Shown: positions 58,228-64,000 of the stretch, piece by piece
How positions within the stretch are numbered: the stretch's first letter is position 1
Layout: each line of letters begins with the position of its first letter
DNA from: Rhizaria sp. SCN 62-66
Lineage: Eukaryota
Length of the DNA: 64,000 nt
Reading direction: 5' to 3'
Assembly (NCBI GenBank): GCA_001724265.1
Contig: MEDY01000036.1
Location: forward strand, 62,001-126,000
Program-made: the position numbers and the translations under genes
Notes under the pieces: model-generated
Databases searched by the model: none
The model's input: the letters and a program-made list of their open reading frames with translations, nothing else
Told to the model about the DNA's origin: nothing

Positions 58228-60135
58228 TGTGTTTCTTCGAAGTTTTACCAGCTTCATTGGATAACTAACCTGTGTTTTATCGCGCGGCTTTACTCTCTTT
58301 TGCTCAATATTCATGTTCCTGTGCGTCTTTACATCTTTTCTTGGAACTTGTTGCACTTTATGATGTCTTCGCTTTTTATGGCTAAGCCTTGTCTTTTTAT
58401 GTTCATCCCATCGGATGTTAAGTTTTGCTTTTAACGCGAGTAACGTGCAACAACATCAGCATGACAACAGTAACAGCAACAGTAACATGAACAGCGTTCT
58501 TCTTTTTTGTTTTGCAATTGCTGAGTTGTCTCTCCAGTTTGTTACACAGTTCGCTTCTCCCAGCGCCTCCGCCTCGGTCGCCTATTATGTGTTCTTCGTG
58601 TGTATCCGCCGTCACCGGCTATGAGACATCTGTGTTAATATGTGTTTGTGTGTGCTTCTATTTTGTTGTGCCTCCTGCACATGCATCACTTGATCACGCA
58701 CACTGTCTGTTTGTCAGTCAGTTCCGATCCGAGTCACACCACACAGCCTCTGTCCGTCGAGTCAGTGCCATCACAGTCAGTCACTTCAGTTGCTTAGTTT
58801 AAGAGGCCTACCAGAAATTCAATTGAGTCGTTTGCATTGTTTGTGCGGGCGGCGCACTTCCACAAGTGCTTTCGTTGCTGATGCTGGTATGTCAGCTGTG
58901 TTCATATTTTGTGTTGCTCTGTTGCAGATTTTTACGCACGCTCACACGCACACTTGCACACGCACGCGCACACGGTGTACACCGCTGAAAAAAAAAGACC
59001 ACTGACTGCAGTTGTCACGGTCACATAAGCTTAGATTGTTTGTAAGATTTTTGTATTGCTCTTTTTTTTTTATCGTTTAATCCCATGATTTGATCGTTTC
59101 TCACTTTGCGCCTCATTTAGTCTCTTCCGTCTCCCTCCCTGTTTACCTATGCGTATGTTTATCTTGCTTGCTTATTGGACAGCAACAAGCTTTGAAATCT
59201 TTTCCTAGTATCCCTGCATCTGAAAATTTGTTTCATCCCTTCATCTTTTCACATCGAGGAGAAGATCCACTCTCCCGTGGCATTCCCTCGATATCCTGCA
59301 TTGGCCGTTCATCTCTCTGTATATCCTTAGGATTGACGCTGTTTCCTCTAGTCATCACCACTCCCGCAAACACTACACTTTTCTCACTTTGCTTTGTTTC
59401 TCTCACTGCAACTGCACTGTCCATGTATAATTCTTTCTCCGTACTTATATACTACCGGTATTAGTATATTCTGTGTGTGGCTATGTTAACCCAACCCAAC
59501 TCGTGTCAATAACAACCATGGTCTATATTTCTCGCATGCGTACATCTTCTCCTTCGACGTACATTTACAATTGTAAGTGTAGGTCTGCTCTGTGAACTTG
59601 CGCTACTTAAATGTTGTCGTGGAGAGATGTCGTTCGTCATCTTCCCTCTTTATTATCGCTTTGTGTTTCCGACTGTATGTATCGCGCCTCTGCTGAATGA
59701 ATCAAGGCAGTTGGTGTACTACATATGACCCTGGACTAGCCTCGCTGACGTCACTGCACTTATCTTTTGTAAGGTCAGTTTGTGCGTGTGGGGTAGCCGT
59801 GAAATGGAAACTCACTGTGTTTTGTTTCATATGATCTCCTTTTGTGCTGTTATATCAATAAACCTCATTTCTTCAACTCAATATAACTCTCTTTATTTTA
59901 ATTGAAAGTTTTGTGTTGCTTTTATCTTGTCACCAAAGAGGTTTTCATTTTCGGCGATATTTTTTTGCATCGCCAGAAATTTGTTTAAGATTTATAAAAA
60001 GACACAAGCATCTCAAGTGGAGAAATAAAAAATGAATTCAATAGTATTAAATCCAAAAATTAATGATTAATACTTTCTAATGTGTATTTTTTCGCTTTTT
60101 GTACTTTAGATTTACTTAACATTTACGTTACCTCG

Positions 60136-60136
<1 letters not shown>

Positions 60137-60175
<39 letters not shown>
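60137..60175. repeat. T39 homopolymer (A39 on the minus strand) between convergent genes
   Basis: Directly visible. Confidence 0.9.
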
Positions 60176-60178
<3 letters not shown>

Positions 60179-60675
60179 TCTATCTTACACGTTATACATT
60201 GCAAGCTGAATCATCTCTGCAATGGACGAGGTTGTTCGCGTGATGTTGAACTTGTTTCGAAGAGCGAATGTATGGAATCACACATTTTGATGTGTATGAG
60301 ATCGTTAGGTCCTTACAAATAGACAAGGAAGACACCAGCTCACAGAGTTCGATTCATCTATGATCCTTACAACTTATGTTACAAACGCCTCATGGAAAAC
60401 AAAAGAGGTACTCGAAGAGGATATTAGAAAGCATAAAGCAATTACACTCAAACAAAAAGACTCAATAGCTCATGATACCTAGAGTATTACACAAACAAAT
60501 ACGTCCGTATCGAGATAAACAGACACTAGTAATCATCAAATACATTGGGATAAAACGCAGCAGAACAATCCATGACATTTCTTCAACTGAGTTCTGGCCC
60601 GGAGTACCAGAAGGCAATTCGAGCAAATATGTGATGCTGACATAACATCAACTGCTTACAATGTCGTTTACATCA

Positions 60676-62299
60676 TCACATCACGACACACTTACCCTTC
60701 TTCTTACCCTCTTTCCCACTTTCCTTGCTGTCCTTACCTGGCTGCTGCTGCTGCAGCTGGTCGGCATTGGCAGTCGTGTTCGCCCCCGTACCTGCGTTGC
60801 CGTTGTCGCCGTGCGCGTCCGCAGCCTCCTGATCGAACTCGTGCTCTAGCACCCGCGCCCCGCCGCGCCCCGCCGCGCCGCCGGTGACGAAGCCCTCGGA
60901 GTAGCCAGGCACGTCGATGCTGCGATCGAACCCGGCGCCGTCGCCCTTGCTCGCGCTTGTAAACGCCGCTCTCCCGCCACCGTTGCCAGTGCCGGTGCCG
61001 CGCGGACTGGGCGCGGGGCGCGCGCGCGCGGGCGTGGAGGGCAGAAGCCCCACGGTGGTGTTCTCAAGCGCGCCGGGGATGGCGGACATCGAGGGCACCG
61101 CAGAGACCTTGACGGCCAATCCGCCGGGGCCGTGGTCGCCGCTGCTGTTGTGGCCGCCGAAGCTGTCGCCGCTGTGGTTGAAGCTCTGGTTGGTGAGCGC
61201 CTTGTTGTTTTTGGTGCTGTTCGCGCCTGCGTTGCAGTGGTTGTTGTTGGTAGCGCTGCTGGACCGGTGGATGTAAGCCGTGGCGACGTACTCGAAGATG
61301 TCCGGCAGCGGCGACGGCGACGTCAGCGCAGTACGGTAGAGCTTGGCGCCCATCTGCCGCGCAAGCGCCTCGACCTCTGCGGGCGGCGTGGCCGACTGCT
61401 CGACCTTGTCCATCATGTTCTGCACCAGCACGGGGACGATGGCCGAGGCGCCGCACTCGGCCATGATGAGCGAGTGCCACTTCGGGATCGCCAGGAACGA
61501 GTCGCGGTCAATCGTGGAGAAGACATAGATCACCGCCACGGCGCCGCGGTAGTAGTTGCGCGTCACAGAGTTGAACATGTCTTGGCCTATACGTGGAACA
61601 ACATACAGCGAGACACACAACTTACATGGTGAGCTCCTTGATTCGTCTTGTAAGAACAGGTATTTCTTACATCAACACAAAACAGCACACACATTTAATC
61701 AAACAACGCAGAGATGATGAGTTGGCGCATTTTATTGGTGAAATTGAGCCATAAAACGTACCAGCAGTGTCCCAGACCATGAGAGACGCAACGTCACCAG
61801 AGGGAAGAGTGATGTCCTTCTCCATAAAGTCTACAAAAGCAGAGCGTAAACAAAGCAGAGCAATAGTAAACACAAGTGTACGACAGAACACAAAGCAATA
61901 GATTGTAAAACAACGGGTCGCACCATACGGTCGCGATTTTAGAGATATAGAGCTTGTTTCGTGGTCGTACCTGCGCCGATCGTCTTCTTATAGCGCTCGA
62001 CAGTAACGCCGCGGGTGAAGCGGTTGATAAGCGTGGTCTTACCCACCATACCGTTACCAACAATCAAAACTTTGATGTTCAGCTCTGTGTCAAGCTCCTG
62101 CAACGGGAAACACAAGTATTTGTGAATGAGAGGAGACAAACAGCATGACAGTGTCACAGCAGAAGGCGGCGTGCGCGAGCGAGTCGGAAAGTCGACAGAG
62201 TGCAGTATGAGCATTAAACAAGAAAACAAGAAAGATTCATAACAAAATCATCAGAATATAATACTTAAGAATGCTTGGAGAGAGACTTACTTGCATCAT
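60676..62299 (-). CDS. RAB23: Rab23-like small GTPase; exons 62299-62291, 62097-61971, 61830-61762, 61586-60676 (~371 aa)
   Basis: 'IKVLIVGNGMVGKT', 'YKKTIGADFMEK', 'WDTAGQ', 'YYRGA', 'FSTIDRDSF' are Rab23-type signatures; C-terminal CVVM; stop is TGA. Confidence 0.85.
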
Positions 62300-63478
62300 T
62301 GATGTACACGGGCGTTGAAGTACGCCTTAGGGTGTGATTGCGAACATGGGGCGCAGGGGCAAAAGTAAAATGCATCGTAACACACGGTTAGCCCAAACTG
62401 TTTGAATTATTATTAAAACGGAGCGTATAAATTCACAATTAAAAATCAGTACTCACAGTAACAGAGGCTTTTGACGACTGAGGTGTTCAAATGCGCTTTG
62501 CCCATATCCCGAAGCCAAGGCAGAATCGCATGCTGCAGCTAGCCACCCGTTGAGCACGATCTCGAAAAATTGCATTTCAACGCAATATAACCCAGAATCT
62601 TCACAGCTCGCGAATCGTGAGCAGTGTTGGAGAATGACACAATGATAGTAGTGTATGATATATTGAAGAAAGTGCATTTAAGAAAAAACTCAACTCCCCA
62701 CCTGCGTCAAAGAGCACCGTGGCGAGATTGCGGTGATGTCGACTGAGTGCAAGAGCGAGAAAAAAAGTCCGTGTTACGCTCCCCGCATGCTGCTGGCGTT
62801 GCGCGCTACCGCTGTCAGTCGCGATGCAGTGAGGAACATCAGTGACAGCAGCAGCAGTCGCAGCAACAACAGCACACACGAGGAACATGACATGAAAATG
62901 ATAACTGAAAAGTAGATGAAAGGAGGGCGTTGAAGAGGGGAAATGAGGTGCTTAGTGCATATCGCGCACCCCGAAGCGAAAAACGAGTCAGATTCCACTG
63001 CATCACGCACCACGAAGATCTAAGTACTCGAAGTGCTTTGGTATTTCGTCTCTCGAGAGGAGGATTGTTATGCAGGGAACGTGACGAAGGGGGATGGTTA
63101 TTAGGTAAGAGGGTAACAGCAGCACACGGTGCCAGTCGCAATATCATTGAGCCTACAGAGTCAATGTATTGGTGACAAAGCGTGTCAGCAGTGCCAACGT
63201 GCTAGTGCGCATGCTTGTGTAATAAATCGTCAAGTATCCACACACAACCCACACACACACACAACGTGCGATGAATAAATAACGGTAACATTACTTAAAA
63301 CAACAACTACTATGACTAAAACTCAACAACACACATACGAATTTTTTTTTCTCGGAATTATTTTAGAGAAACACGATGAAAGAAAAGAAAGTAAAAGAAA
63401 ATGAATTCGAACAACTGATCTAAGCTCACAGCAACCAACACGTCGGCACGGCTAAGCTTAAGTTAGACTTATTTTAGC

Positions 63479-64000
63479 TTACCGGGGCTGGCCGTTGGGC
63501 CCGCGCTGCTGCGGGTACTGCGCATTGGGCGCCCCATTGTTGTTGTTGTTTGCGTAGGGGCTGCCCATACCCATGCCCATCATGGGTCCGCCCATGGGTC
63601 CCATCGGGGAGCCCATGTGGCCGCCCATCGGCAGCATGCCCATGCCCATGCCAAGCCCCATCGGCGGCGCCGCGTAGTGCGGCGCGGCGTACTGGCCGTA
63701 CTGCGCGGGGTACACGTAGCCGGCGGGCACGGCGCCCGCGGCAGCCGCGGCGGCGGGCACAGCGCTGTTGTTGTTGGCATTGGCGCTCGCGTGCGATGAG
63801 TAGAGCACGTTGGAGGCGGTGGACACCGAGTAGCCGGTGTAGCCAGACGACAGCGCGGCGTAGGCGCCGCCGACGGGGATGCCCGACACGCCGGGCACAG
63901 GCGTCGCCATGGCGCCCGCCGCGCCCGCCAGGCCGCCCGCGGCGGCGGGCGCGGCGGGGGAACCGCCGGCGGCGTCGGCGGCGGCCAACATCTGGCGCAG
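63479..64000 (-). CDS. 3' end of a gene encoding an Ala/Gly/Met/Pro/Tyr-rich C-terminus (truncated by the window edge)
   Basis: GC-rich open frame ending CGG TAA at 63479, followed by an AT-rich 3' region. Confidence 0.65.
   Translation of the reverse strand: MRQMLAAADAAGGSPAAPAAAGGLAGAAGAMATPVPGVSGIPVGGAYAALSSGYTGYSVSTASNVLYSSHASANANNNSAVPAAAAAAGAVPAGYVYPAQYGQYAAPHYAAPPMGLGMGMGMLPMGGHMGSPMGPMGGPMMGMGMGSPYANNNNNGAPNAQYPQQRGPNGQPR

Noticed and set aside
58415-58624. Short coding-like stretch (NASNVQQHQHDNSNSNSNMNS) after the RRM stop
   Set aside because: No convincing splice connection or start; most likely microsatellite-like UTR sequence.
62453-63200. Small ORFs between RAB23 and the last gene
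   Set aside because: AT-rich, without the coding codon bias or motifs; likely UTR and promoter sequence.
1-64000. tRNA (especially a CUA-anticodon tRNA), rRNA, CRISPR array or transposon
   Set aside because: I could not recognise a cloverleaf, rRNA, spaced repeats, or transposase/RT motifs by eye.

Overview
Gene-dense nuclear DNA of a eukaryote, most likely a flagellated protist (SAS-6, Rab23 and PEX10 are present; the lineage cannot be fixed from this window). Exons are GC-rich and full of low-complexity insertions; introns are short, AT-rich GT-AG introns of 111-213 nt. I reconstruct 17 protein-coding genes, two of them cut off by the window edges: multi-BRCT protein, NDC80, a small unknown protein, a TOG/HEAT protein, SAS-6, PEX10, a large unknown protein, a TraX-like membrane protein, SmG, a CDC48-family AAA ATPase, a DOMON-ferric reductase fusion, a coiled-coil protein, NOP2, glutamine-dependent NAD synthetase, a 3-RRM protein, a Rab23-like GTPase and the 3' end of a Gly/Met/Pro-rich protein. 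Main finding: TAG appears not to be a stop codon. Six in-frame TAGs sit in five otherwise intact genes, two of them inside Gln-rich runs. With TAG read through, the 16 visible gene ends use only TAA (8) or TGA (8), which points to a variant nuclear code with UAG=Gln and UAA/UGA=stop. Other findings: a ~12-bp DNA motif (GYYCACGGTCAC) repeated at least 26 times on both strands and in different reading frames; MSA/MYB-like promoter elements in front of mitotic and centriolar genes; a GTNCG 5' splice-site consensus; a PTS1-like end on NAD synthetase; a bacterial-type TraX gene; and degenerate nucleotide-binding motifs in Rab23.
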